From: Octopus sinensis
Lineage: Eukaryota
Length of the DNA stretch: 64,000 bases
Assembly: GCF_006345805.1 (NCBI RefSeq)
Contig: NC_043001.1
Coordinates: forward strand, 43,524,001-43,588,000
Direction of reading: 5' to 3'
The position numbers and the translations under genes were made by a program. Numbering within the stretch: position 1 is the first letter of the stretch; each line of letters opens with the position of its first letter. The notes below the pieces were generated by a model that was given only the letters and a program-made list of their open reading frames with translations, was not told the origin of the DNA and made no database searches. This document shows, in pieces, positions 52,494-64,000 of the stretch.

Positions 52494-53900
52494 CTATACT
52501 GTTCAACAGTATAAACTTGTCTTTCCAGCTACCAAGCTGCACACCCACTAACTTGTTCTGATTTATCTTTGCTCCTGCTATTGGTTCATATACCTTTAGA
52601 ATTGAATTGATTACTTGCAATTCTATGGTGTCCACAACCATTATGGTGATGTCATCTGCATACACTGACACAGCTCTCCAGCATCCCAGAATGAAAGGGA
52701 TGCTCTTTAAGAGTTCTAGTTTCTGCAGCAATGGCTTGTGGGCTAGTGTGTATAGAAGAGATAAGAGAGAACAATCCTGATGGACTGAGTACATGATATA
52801 AAATGGTCCTGATAGGTGGTCATTCACTTGACCACTAAGTAAGTGCCATTGTGCCTTGCTGCAATCTAGCCTCTAGAAACAGGTATGAAACTGGTTTCTT
52901 TTCAGACTGCTACCAAGTAGCAATGGCCACCTACCCAAAAGCCTTTGCCTGATCCAAATTGATCAGGGCCCCATCACTGCCAGATTTATCATCTGTTCCC
53001 TCTGTGATGTGTCACATGAAATGAACGTTGTCATAGATGAGACTATTGGAGATGACAACCCAGCCTTTGTGTTTTGCACTGAAGAAATGGTTGAGGGACA
53101 TTCATACTACTATCACATTGGTCATGATGCCATTTCTAATTACTTCTCATTTAATAACTAGCTATCCTTCTGATCTACTTATGTCTTTCACTAGCTCTTT
53201 CCTAAATGCTATCAATTCAGATTTAATTGCCCTCTTCAGAGTATCATGCCTCCTATTGTTGGCTGTTGCCTCCATCAAATGCTAGTTGACTATCTCACTG
53301 ATCCAGTCTCTGTAGTCTTCATGCACTGCGAAAGATGCATCCAACTTCCAGTAGCCAGTTTCCTATTTATAAATCTTAAGTCAACATCACAAATTAGTGG
53401 TCTGTGGAGCCAGTTAGTTTAAATTGTGGGTACCTTATACTTTCACTATCAGCTAGCCTAATGAATATTTGAAGTATGATCTGAATAACCCACTGTGTTT
53501 GTTCCAAGTTCACATTGGCATATTCAGGAAATCCACCCATACCTCTCAGACTGTTGGAAATGTGTAAGCAGGTTTTAGAGGTTTCTGCTCCATCTTCTTC
53601 TTCTATGGTTTGCCTGATACAATTTCATTGTGCATCTAAAATACAATTCCAATACTGCACTCGTTAGAAAGAGCAGGATATTCCCAGGGAAATCTTTAGA
53701 TGTCCTACTCCAATGGGTGCATAGGTAGCTACTAGTGCTGAAGGCACTGCCTTTACTGTCATTTACATCCCATACCACTGACTTACCTCCTGAATCCAGA
53801 AAGATAGTCTCTACTTCTAAACCTAATTCTTTCTAGTAAAGTAGTGCCACTCCACAGTGTCATGTTTGAAATGTCTGACTACAGCAAAAGAAAAAAATTG
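52494..53900 (-). mobile_element. Tx1/L1-clade LINE ORF2 relic
   Basis: SVHQDCSLLSLLY..VSVYADDITIMV..GAKINQNK; ALINLDQAK; GYWKLDAS near 53350. Confidence 0.75.
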
Positions 53901-55622
53901 GTGCATTAGTCTTTTTTATCCTTATATGTGAAGTGGGGGAACACCAGTAATAAAGTTTACCTTTCAATGACTATAATTTACCCAAACAATCCATTCAACT
54001 TAGCATGTAGTCTAATGAATTTTTGAGTTATTGAAGACAGTGGTGGAGTGGAGTTAGAGTGTGTGCTGCCTACAGAAATCCTTGGGTATATCACCACCCT
54101 GGGACCTTAAGCCCATATAGGCTTCTACATCAGACTCAAATGTGCCACCTCCATAAAAGCATTATCTAGGGTAGATGCCCCCTTTGGCCACCCACCCCTA
54201 GCTGGAGATGAGTGCCAGCCACATCTGATGAAATCCTGATGGCTAAAATCTCTACATCTTATAACCTGAGGTTTTTTGAGCAAGTAACCTTCCTCTAAGC
54301 TGATCTTGCCCTGGACCATTCCATTTATAATTATGGTTTCTTATGGATGCACAAGGTCAGAGACTTTTGGGCTTGGCTTTAATTAATTTAATCAATTACA
54401 GTACTTCATTGGTGCTTATTTTGTTGATTCCAGAAAGATAACAGGCAAAATGAACTACAACAGAATTTGAACTGAAAATGTAAATAGGTGTGACTAAATA
54501 CATAACTGGTATGGTAATAACTATAATTATTATTCTATAATAATAGCTATAATTATAATTCATATTATGAGGACACAATTATTTAAAAAAGAATTTACAG
54601 CTTATGTTTATGTTACAGAAACAGTAATTTCTGGGTGTGATATTTAACTTTCTCTATCAAAATGTTTAATAATTCATCATGAGCCAAAAGATTTTTATCT
54701 CATTGAATATATATATATCCACCCTTATCTATATTGTTCAAAATTTGGCATTCATTATACATACATACATACATACATACATACATACATACATACATAC
54801 AATCATTCATACATACATACACAGACACAGATACACACGTGCGCGCACACACACACATACAAATACATACATGTGCATGTATGTGTGTGTGCATATGTGT
54901 GTGTATTAAAATGATTTAAGTATTCTATTAAATTTGAACACAAAATCCTTTATAAATTATACATAGCTGTCTATGAACTTCTTCACTTTGCTACTGTTTG
55001 TTAATAAATTTTTGTTATGAGAAAGCAACATTATTCAGAGAATAGTTTTCCAAACTATTTACCTCATCATTAGTGTATATTCATATTCATTCAGTTTCAA
55101 TTAAGAGTCTTATTTCTTATTTCTGAATATGTATATTCCTCTGAAGTTGGATTCAAACCTTTACTTCTATAAAAAAAAAAGAAAACAATAGCGAGGTTGT
55201 ATCATAATGTTTCTATTTACTGAGACACCAGCACAGATATATCAATCATATAATGAGCTCATTGTATATATTGCTGAGATGTACTACTACTTGTCAGGAA
55301 AGGGTAAAAGAGGGCAGAAAAGCAGCAATAAATTAAATAAAGAACGACAGCAATAAAAGCTAAAAGTACATGTATAGTACACTGAATAAAACACAAAATG
55401 ACAGGAAAGCAATCAGCAAAAGTGCCATAAAAAGGAAAAGATGCATAACTTTGTCATGGAGGCGCAGGAGTGGCTGTGTGGTAAGTAGCTTGCTTACCAA
55501 CCACATGGTTCCAGGTTCAGTCCCACTGCATGGTACCTTGGGCAAGTGTCTTCTACTATAGCCTCGGGCCGACCAAAGCCTTGTGAGTGGATTTGGTAGA
55601 CGGAAACTGAAAGAAGCCCGTC

Positions 55623-55657
<35 letters not shown>

Positions 55658-56082
55658 AGCTCCAGTGTAATTTTTTTTTTTTTTTTTAATTTCTGGTGCT
55701 TATGAGGTGATATACTCTTTTACTCTTTGACTTGTTTCAGTAATTTGACTGTGGCCATGCTGGAGCACCGCCTTTTAGTTGAAGAAATTGAACCCAGGAC
55801 TTATTCTTTGTAAGCCTAGTATTTATTCTATCGGTCTCTTAGGCCAAACCACTAAGTTAGGGGGATGTAAACACACCAGCATCGGTTGTCAAGCGATGTT
55901 GGGGGTACAAACACAGGCATGCAAACATACACACACACACATACATACATGCATACATACATACATATATATATATGCGAAGGGCTTCTTTCAGTTTCCA
56001 TCTACCAAATCCACTCACAAGGCTTTGGTCGACCCGAGGCTATAGTAGAAAACATTTAAACATTTGCCCAAGGTGCCATCTA

Positions 56083-56213
<131 letters not shown>

Positions 56214-56225
56214 ATATATATATAT

Positions 56226-56236
<11 letters not shown>

Positions 56237-56257
<21 letters not shown>

Positions 56258-56465
56258 GGGAAAGTTTACGAAAAAAATAAAAGACGAAGACAGGTGGTGT
56301 ACAAAACAAACAGATGTATTAGTATAACGCTCAGGAATAGAAAAAGTCTTTTATGTTTCAAGCCTATGCTCTTCTACAGAAAGGCACACAGAAAAAACAA
56401 GGAGAGAGAAAAAGTGTGTAGTGGCTAACGATCTATCATGGCGACTAGTGCCAGACAGAGGGATC
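56237..56465 (-). mobile_element. (TA)n-embedded short element with degenerate hammerhead (56346-56384)
   Basis: Minus strand cttt-CTGTAGA-agagc(atag)gctt-GAAA-ca-TA-aaag. Shares the aaaagacg.agacaggtgg.gta..acaaa.agatgtattagtata segment with 5405-5463. Confidence 0.6.
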
Positions 56466-58005
56466 ATATATATATTCTTTTATTCTTTTACTTATTTCAC
56501 TCATTTCACTGCAGCCATGCTGGGACACCAACTTTAGTCGAGCAAATCAACCTCAGGACTATTCTTTGTAAGCCTAGTACTTATTTTATTGGTCTCTTTT
56601 GCCAAACTGCTAAGTTACGGGGGACATAAACATGCAAACATTGGTTGTCAAATGATGTTGGGGGGACAAACACAGACTCACAAACACCAACATAGAAGAT
56701 GGACATTAACTGATGATGCTATATTATACATAGGCATGGCTGTGTGGTAAGAAGTTGGCTTCCCATTCACGTAGTTCAGGTTCAATCTCACTACATGGTA
56801 CCTTGGTTAACTGTCATCAGCCTTGGGCTGATTTGGTTGATGGAAATTGAAACAAGCCTGTCATGTGTGTGTACAAGGGGAATATATACTAAGAACACTA
56901 ATGGGGAAAAAACAGAATTAAAATCTCTCCAAGCATAGTTTGGTAAGCTAGTCAAGCAATGCTGATTCCATTCTACAGGCAATGAAAGTTACAGTATGTT
57001 CCTGTATACAGGAGTAGAGTATGAAATTTAAATTTGAAATTGGAAGTTAAAAAAAAAATCAACCAATCAAGAGACAGCTTATTAAATGTCTTAGACACAT
57101 CTATGCTTCCCCACCCTATCTGTCAAAGGAGGCACAAGCACTTTCACACACACACACACATATATACATCCTCCTTTTTATCCTTTTCCTTTTACTAGTT
57201 TCAGTCATTTGACTGTGGTCATGCTGGAGCAGTATATACATTTGACAGAACTACCTACAAATTCATTCACAAGGCCCATATATTAGCTTTAAATGATGTC
57301 AAGAGGAACGTTGAGATAAAGGCCAAGATGAAAGAAAGATGGCAACAGTAATTCTGTAGAAAAGATCAAGATGTGTTATCAATACATCCTTCATCTGAGG
57401 CTCTTATGGCCAACTGTATACGTAAGATTCCATTAACAAGAGTAGAATGAATAAAAAATTATATTATAAAAGTAGCTTAATCTCCTGCTACACAATTTGA
57501 AAAGTGGGTTGTTTAGTGCTATTAGACAAGTGAAGTGGTTTCTAGTATCAACTTTCAGCTGTCTTATGATGTACCCGTGAACATTTCTCTGAGTACAATT
57601 GCTTGTACTACAGAGTTACCAATAATGTTGACAGTAAGGAAATAGAACATAAGAGATGCTGTTGAGGTGATGGAGAACAACTGGAAAAGACAAGAGGTGA
57701 TTAGATATCTGATCAGATTTAACAAGGGCAGGTGAGAGATGACCACCTGATCAAAGAGGAAAAGCAAGCAACAAAAGTAGTGTGGGTAGGAAACCACCCT
57801 TGTCAGCATCTTCTCAAATACAAACATAAACATAGACACACACATATACACATGTATATATCATCGTTTAGCGTCCGCTTTCCATGCTAGCATGGGTTGG
57901 ACGGTTCAACTGGGGTCTGGGAAGCCAGAAGGCTGCACCAGGCCCAGTCTGATCTGGCAATGTTTCTATGGCTGGATGCCCTTCCTAACACCAACCACTC
58001 CATGA

Positions 58006-58050
<45 letters not shown>

Positions 58051-58058
58051 TATATATA

Positions 58059-58288
58059 CCAAAGTAAGCACATAAATGTGAAACAAGGTGGGAAAAAAAT
58101 AGTACTCGAATACCGGGGGTAGGGTAATATGCTTTATTATTAAAGCCACGAAAACATCACAAAAATCACAAAAACTGCTACTCAGAGTTTCATGTTCCCA
58201 TTCGTTTGACAGTTTTGATTGAGAATGGAACAATATTAAAGTTATATTGTGATTTTTGTGATATTCTTGCAGTTTTGATAATAAAGTA
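58059..58288 (-). mobile_element. Fold-back element with central degenerate hammerhead (58171-58216)
   Basis: Minus strand aaaactgt-CAAACGA-atg(ggaa)cat-GAAA-ctctgag-TA-gcagtttt, flanked by inverted arms atcacaaaaatcacaa / ttgtgatttttgtgat. Confidence 0.6.
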
Positions 58289-60292
58289 CACACACACACA
58301 CAGACACATGAACCATGACCCTACATGTTGTAAGAGATGCCTAAAAGGGCTGATTCTTTTTCTGTTTGATCTGGTTGTTCTTTGTGGTCAAGATATCTCA
58401 TCTGACCTTGTTATTCTGATTAGATATCTATCACCTCCATTATTTTCTTATTTTCATATAACTCCAGTACTTTTTTTATGCCTGATACTTGATCTATTAG
58501 TCTCTTATTGCAGAACCATTAAGTTAAAGGGATGTCGAGCATTGAAAGATACATACATGTACATATGCGCATGCACACACACACACACACACACATCCAT
58601 CTGCACATGCGAACACACATGCACACACTCATGCACATACACACACACATACATACACACCCATCGACACATGCACACACATGTCCACTGACACATACAT
58701 GCACACACTCACACACACACACAGTTTCTCTCTATCAGATTCACTCATAAAGCATAAATTAGCCCAAGATTATGGCAGAAGCTCAAGATGCTAAACAATG
58801 AGACTGAATCCCAAACTATGTATTTGGAAAGCAAACTTCTTCACTGTATGACTATGTTTGTGCCTATTTATGTTAACTGAACAGAATGTAAACAGTTGAT
58901 ATATGCTGGGTTAAATAAGCACTTAATGAACTGATGGTGAGTGAGTAAGTGTGATCATGGTGGAGGCGAATCAAAATATACCCACAAGGGAGTGTTAGTG
59001 TTAGATTAAGAACGTAGGCTTGAAGATTGAGATTAAGGGAGATATTCTATATCTATAACATTTTATAGACACTTATTCAACATTATGCCAGCATGGCAAA
59101 AATTTTAAAAATTGGTATCAAAATAATAATGGTTAAATAGAATAATGGTGATGATGATGATGACGACGGGTGACAATGATGATGATGATGATAATTATAA
59201 TGATGATGATGAAGACAGCTACAACATTGACAGTGATGGTGCTGCTGCTGCTGTTGTTGTTGCTGTTAAGCAACAAGATGGGTAAGGGTGATTAGGTGAT
59301 GGTCTAGGGCTTAGGAGCAGGAGACCCCAGACCGTGGAAAAAAAAAAAAACTTTGGTCATCTTGTTGTAGTCGAGGGCTCTTCATTGACGGCTGACACCA
59401 CTGGGAGGTGGCCCTCGAAGTCGCTGGAAATGGAGATCTCCAGGTCCAAATTCTTGAACGGCTGCTGCTGCTGCTGATGATGATGATGACTACAACAATG
59501 ATAGTGATCATGATGACTTTGGTCTGCAGCATTTTTCTTTCAAGCAATGAATACAGTTTTGAAGCATTTCATTTCACTGTATATCAAGGCATCCTTTGCA
59601 AAATAAAGAATTTTTTAATGTAAAGTACAGAGGTAGAAGAAATCTTCAACAAACTGCTACAGACAAGTTCTTTTTTTTTTTCACATTGAAAAAATTGTCA
59701 GCTGATAATGATTACTGAGGTCTTGATCATCATCATCATCATCATCATTATTTAACGTCTGCTTTCCATGCTAGCATGGGTTGGACAATTTGACTGAGGA
59801 CTGGTGAACCAGATGGCTGCACCAGGCTCCAATCTTGATCTGGCAGAGTTTCTACAGCTGGATGACCTTCCTAATTCCAACCACTCCAAGAGTGTAGTGG
59901 GTGCTTTTACGTGCCACTGGCATGAAGGCCAATCAGGTGGTACTGGCAACAGCCATGCCCAAATGGTGTTTTTTTTTTACATGCCACCTGCACACTGGCA
60001 CAAGTGCCAGTAAGGTGATGCTGGTAACGATCACGCTTGAATGGTGCTTTTTATGTGCCACCCGCACGGACGCCAGTTAGCTGCTCTGGCAACGATCACA
60101 CTCGAATGGTGCCCTTAGTGCTCCACTAGCATGGATGCAAGTCATTTAATTTGATTTCAATTTCACTTGCCTCAACAGGTCTTCGCAAGCAGAAACACTG
60201 TAATACTCTGGGTTTTCAAGAAGATATATATTCCAGTTGAAACTGTAGTTATTTAAACCTTTAGCATTCAGATTACTCTGTCAAATGTAAAA

Positions 60293-60500
60293 GGGTAAAG
60301 AACCCCTTCAGTTATGAATGACCATAAGATTACACCAAGAAATTCTCCTTCAAGGCACAGGTCCAGGCAGGGTTGTCTATAGAAGACCAACAGTCACCCA
60401 CGCATACCAGCCTCTTCTCTCCACACCACCGATATTTTTCAAGGAAAAGGCAAAGGCTGATACAGCTTGGCACCAGTGATGTCATTTCTACAGCTGATGT
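60293..60500 (-). mobile_element. SINE/LINE-derived tail fragment
   Basis: GC-richer block; its catttctacagctga end resembles the body junction of the 36736-37058 SINE (catttttgccagctga). Confidence 0.4.
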
Positions 60501-61110
60501 AGAATGTTTGACAGCTGATGATGTAATATTTGACAAACTTCCAAAATTTCAGTCAATGGAGGTTCCATTCAGAAACCCATATTGTTTTTTATCCTACTCC
60601 ATCTTGTTTGTTCTGTTTCTCTTCTCTTTGCACATGGCATGTTTGCATCTTCTCTTTGTTACTTCAAGCTTTCATCATTATTTTCATGCATGCATTGGAA
60701 TCTTTTTAATATTTTCTCTTACTCTTGATAAATTTCTCCTTGTTTTGGCGCTTATGTATGACTCCATTTTATTTTCCTTACTTATTCATTTTCTCTCCTT
60801 ATTTCAATATTGCTTGTATGTCTGAATCAATCAGTGCTAGTTCTTCTAGAGACAAAACCCATGCTGCTTGATATATTAAAATTCTTCTTCATCAGTTTCT
60901 TGCTTATTGTCTAGCAACTCCAAGAAAGTATACCAAAGTTAGTCTCACATGCATGTCTGATCTAGCAACATCTGGACTACTTCCCTAATATTTCTTTTTC
61001 CTTTAAGTCTAATTGATTTTGAAGGATATTGGCATTTATGCAGTATGTAATTTCATTTTCCTTTCTCTTTCTTTTCCCCATCTTCCTTTCTTCCTATGAT
61101 ATTGTATATA

Positions 61111-62379
61111 TCAGGTCATCCCATAAGTTCTGTCCGATTTTACCTTTTCTAAAATTGAATGAAATTTAACAGTATTTTAGAATGTCTAGTGGAATTAAAA
61201 ATTATTTTTATGCATTTGTATACATTTAAACTAATTAAATATTACTTTACAGAATAATAGAATTAAAATTTCTTTGATTAAAACCCTTTCTAACATGGAA
61301 GTATCCAAAGAGCATTTGAGGCACATAATGCTTTTATGAGTACAAAAAAGGAAACTCTGCAGCTGAAGTGACTCGAAACATACACTCAGTTTATGGGAAA
61401 GAATGCTTGAATGAAACAACTTGCGGAAGATGGTTTGCAAAATTCAGAAGTGAAGATTTCAGCCTTGAAGATGAAGATCAAACAGGACGTCCAGTTGATG
61501 ATAAGCTCCTTGAGGCATTACTTGAAGAAAATCCTGCATTATCAGTTGAAGGATTGGCAATAAAGCTTAGTTCAAACCATACAACTGTTCATTGTCATCT
61601 TCAACAACTTGGAATGATTCTTAAACTTGAAAAATGGGTGCTTCATGAATTGTCTGAAAGCAACCACAAATCCCGAGTTGACATCTGCTCTTCTTTTCAT
61701 TCTCGTGAATTCATTTCACCCTTTTTGGATGGACTTGTGACTGGTGACGAAAAATGGATGTTCTATCGAAATGTTAAACGTTGTAAACAGTGATTTGGTA
61801 AAAGGGAAAAAGCTCAACCACAACCGAGAAGGGAACTTATGGGGAAAAGGTTCTTTTCTCTATCTGGTGGGATTGCAAAGGAGTAATTAACTTTGAATTG
61901 CTACCACCTAATGCAACAATCAATGCTCAAGCAATTAGAGCATTTGAACCAAGCTTTGAAGAAAAAAAGACCCACTTTAGTGAATCGAAAAGGAGTGATG
62001 TTTCATCAGGACAATGCACGACCCCACACTGCAAAGAAGATCACAGAAGATCGAAGAGCTTGGTTGGGAAAAAATTCCTCATCCACCTTATTCTCCCGAC
62101 CTTGCTCCTTCAGACTACCATTTGTTTCATAGTTTACAGAATCATTTGGGTGACATTACTTTTGCAAGCCAGGAGGAGGTCGAAACTGACATTTCAGAGT
62201 TCTTTGCTTTGAAAGCAAAAGAGTTTTACATGGATGGGATTAAAAAGCTTGTAAATAGATGGAAGGAAGTCATAGATAATCAGGGAAAGTACATTGATGA
62301 TTAAATTTCAATTAAATATAACATTTGATCACTTGTTTTCTTTATGCAAAATTTGGACAGAACTTATGGGATGACCTGA
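61111..62379 (+). mobile_element. Full-length mariner (mellifera-like), degenerate
   Basis: TIRs tcaggtcatcccataagttctgtcc / ggacagaacttatgggatgacctga, TA TSDs. Transposase 61295-62304 has WVLHEL, TGDEKW, HQDNARPH and YSPDLAPSDY. Confidence 0.95.
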
Positions 62380-62423
62380 TATATTTGCTATGATAATTCA
62401 AAGCTAAGTTAGATAGAGACATT

Positions 62424-62476
<53 letters not shown>

Positions 62477-62506
62477 TGTGTGTGTGTATAATATATATAT
62501 ATATAT

Positions 62507-62725
62507 AGTTAAAGTTAATCCAAACAAGAAAACACAGAAAAAAACACAACAACGCGAGGACGTGGAACAATTAAAGAATTATTTGACGCTCAGGAAAGAA
62601 GGGAAGGAGGGTTTAACGTTTCGAGCGGAGCTCTTCGTCGGAAACAAAGGAGAAGGAAAGATCCCGAGAAGGGAAGACAGAGGAAAAAAATTTTTTTGCT
62701 GGTGGTGCTCAAGAGATCACATGTT
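62507..62725 (-). mobile_element. Second copy of the 30597-30826 hammerhead element (motif 62611-62645)
   Basis: Minus strand gttt-CCGACGA-agagc(tcc)gctc-GAAA-cg-TT-aaac; TA-flanked. Confidence 0.72.
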
Positions 62726-64000
62726 ATATATTTATATATAATCAAAATAAGAAGTCAAAGAAAGAGTTTAGCGCATCTTTTATGATCAGTTACAACTGTT
62801 GTGGTACCTTGTCAAGTGTTGTATGTTGCTTATACCAGAAGGAAACAATAAGTATAAAATAAGAATATATATACATATTTGTGTGTGTATTTATCATAAC
62901 AAAAACTGTATTCCACTAAATTTGTTTGTGTTTGAGTTGGAGGAGAAACATGAGGCAAAAAATGAAGAATTAAAAGTGAAATTTTAAATGGTTAAACAAG
63001 TCAAATTCAGCAAACTAAAGTAAACTGATGATATATAACTGAGATAAGGGTCTGCATAAGGCAATGGGAAACAACCCTTAAATCGCTACCTGAAGATAAG
63101 ATCTTCAGTAGTGTCCAGATAACCAAATAGGTTTATGGGATTAACCACCATTATATTAGCTCTACTTCTGTCTCTTTTAACTTTGAAATCTCCACCAATT
63201 TGAAATATTCATTTGTTTCTTTGGCATACCAACCAAAGAAACAGGTGAAAGTTTATATTGCAATCACATCATGGTGTTAGATATCTACCAAAAAATAGAA
63301 TTTATATTTTCTGCAAATTATACTGCTTCAATAAACATGACATATCTTAGCAAAAAATAGCTTCAAACATGACAATCTTCAACAAAGGATAATGAAATTT
63401 TGAATGGATATGTCTTATTTCTGTAGTAAAAAAGTTAACCTTTCTCTATATCTCCCTCTGTCTCTCTCCCCTCTCACTCTCATTCAATTAGTTATGCCAA
63501 TTTGTACCTCTTTCAACATTCCTCCAGGAACTACAACTATATGGAAACAAAATTCAAAGCAATAGAAGTAACTTGAGAACTATATTCCCAAAGAGTTATC
63601 TTTGTCTTTAGCTAAATTGAATCACAGATGTTTGTGAGATTAAATTTGGAGTCCTGGAGTTTTTGTTTAAAACAGTCCCTTTAAAAATGCTTTAGCATGT
63701 ACTTCCCTCTATTTTTTGGAGGGTCCCTTAATGTTTATTTAAAAAACCCTCAGTTTATATCCCATAGTTAATTTACTGTTAGCCCACTTATTTTCTTATC
63801 TTGAATGTTATCTAAATATTATTAACCTGAAATAACTTCAACTTGTTTTCTATAATTCTCTAGTGGCCAGTTGTTTTTATATAGAGAGACTGATTCTTTT
63901 CTTTTCCAAGTGTTTGTGTCAAATTTTTGTTGGGAAAGGGTGGAATAGTCTTTGGTATATTACCTAGAGTCAACTTCATTTACCCCTTCTCACATTCCTC

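Overview
AT-rich, microsatellite-dense eukaryotic DNA with a 100-N scaffold gap at 864-963. The repeat content (tRNA-derived SINE families, an RTE LINE, very abundant (TA)n/(CA)n/(TATC)n) looks like an octopod cephalopod genome; this is inference. I found no intact host protein-coding gene, and most listed ORFs are microsatellite or antisense artefacts. Recognisable mobile elements are: a Helitron Rep fragment and three non-autonomous Helitrons; a full-length degenerate hAT/Buster transposon; two full-length degenerate mariners (one Hsmar1-like); maT-like fragments; a 5'-truncated RTE LINE with a PHD finger inside its RT; R4/Dong-like and Tx1-like LINE relics; a Penelope-like GIY-YIG relic; several MITEs; and many SINEs. 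The most notable signal is a set of short non-coding elements, mostly embedded in (TA)n arrays and often folding back on themselves, that carry type I hammerhead-ribozyme motifs. About ten motifs occur in 64 kb, from several unrelated families, including U3-A8 covariant cores and a 92-nt stem II expansion. A CpG-rich to CpG-depleted transition at about 21-25 kb suggests the edge of a germline-methylated domain, possibly the intron of an unseen gene.
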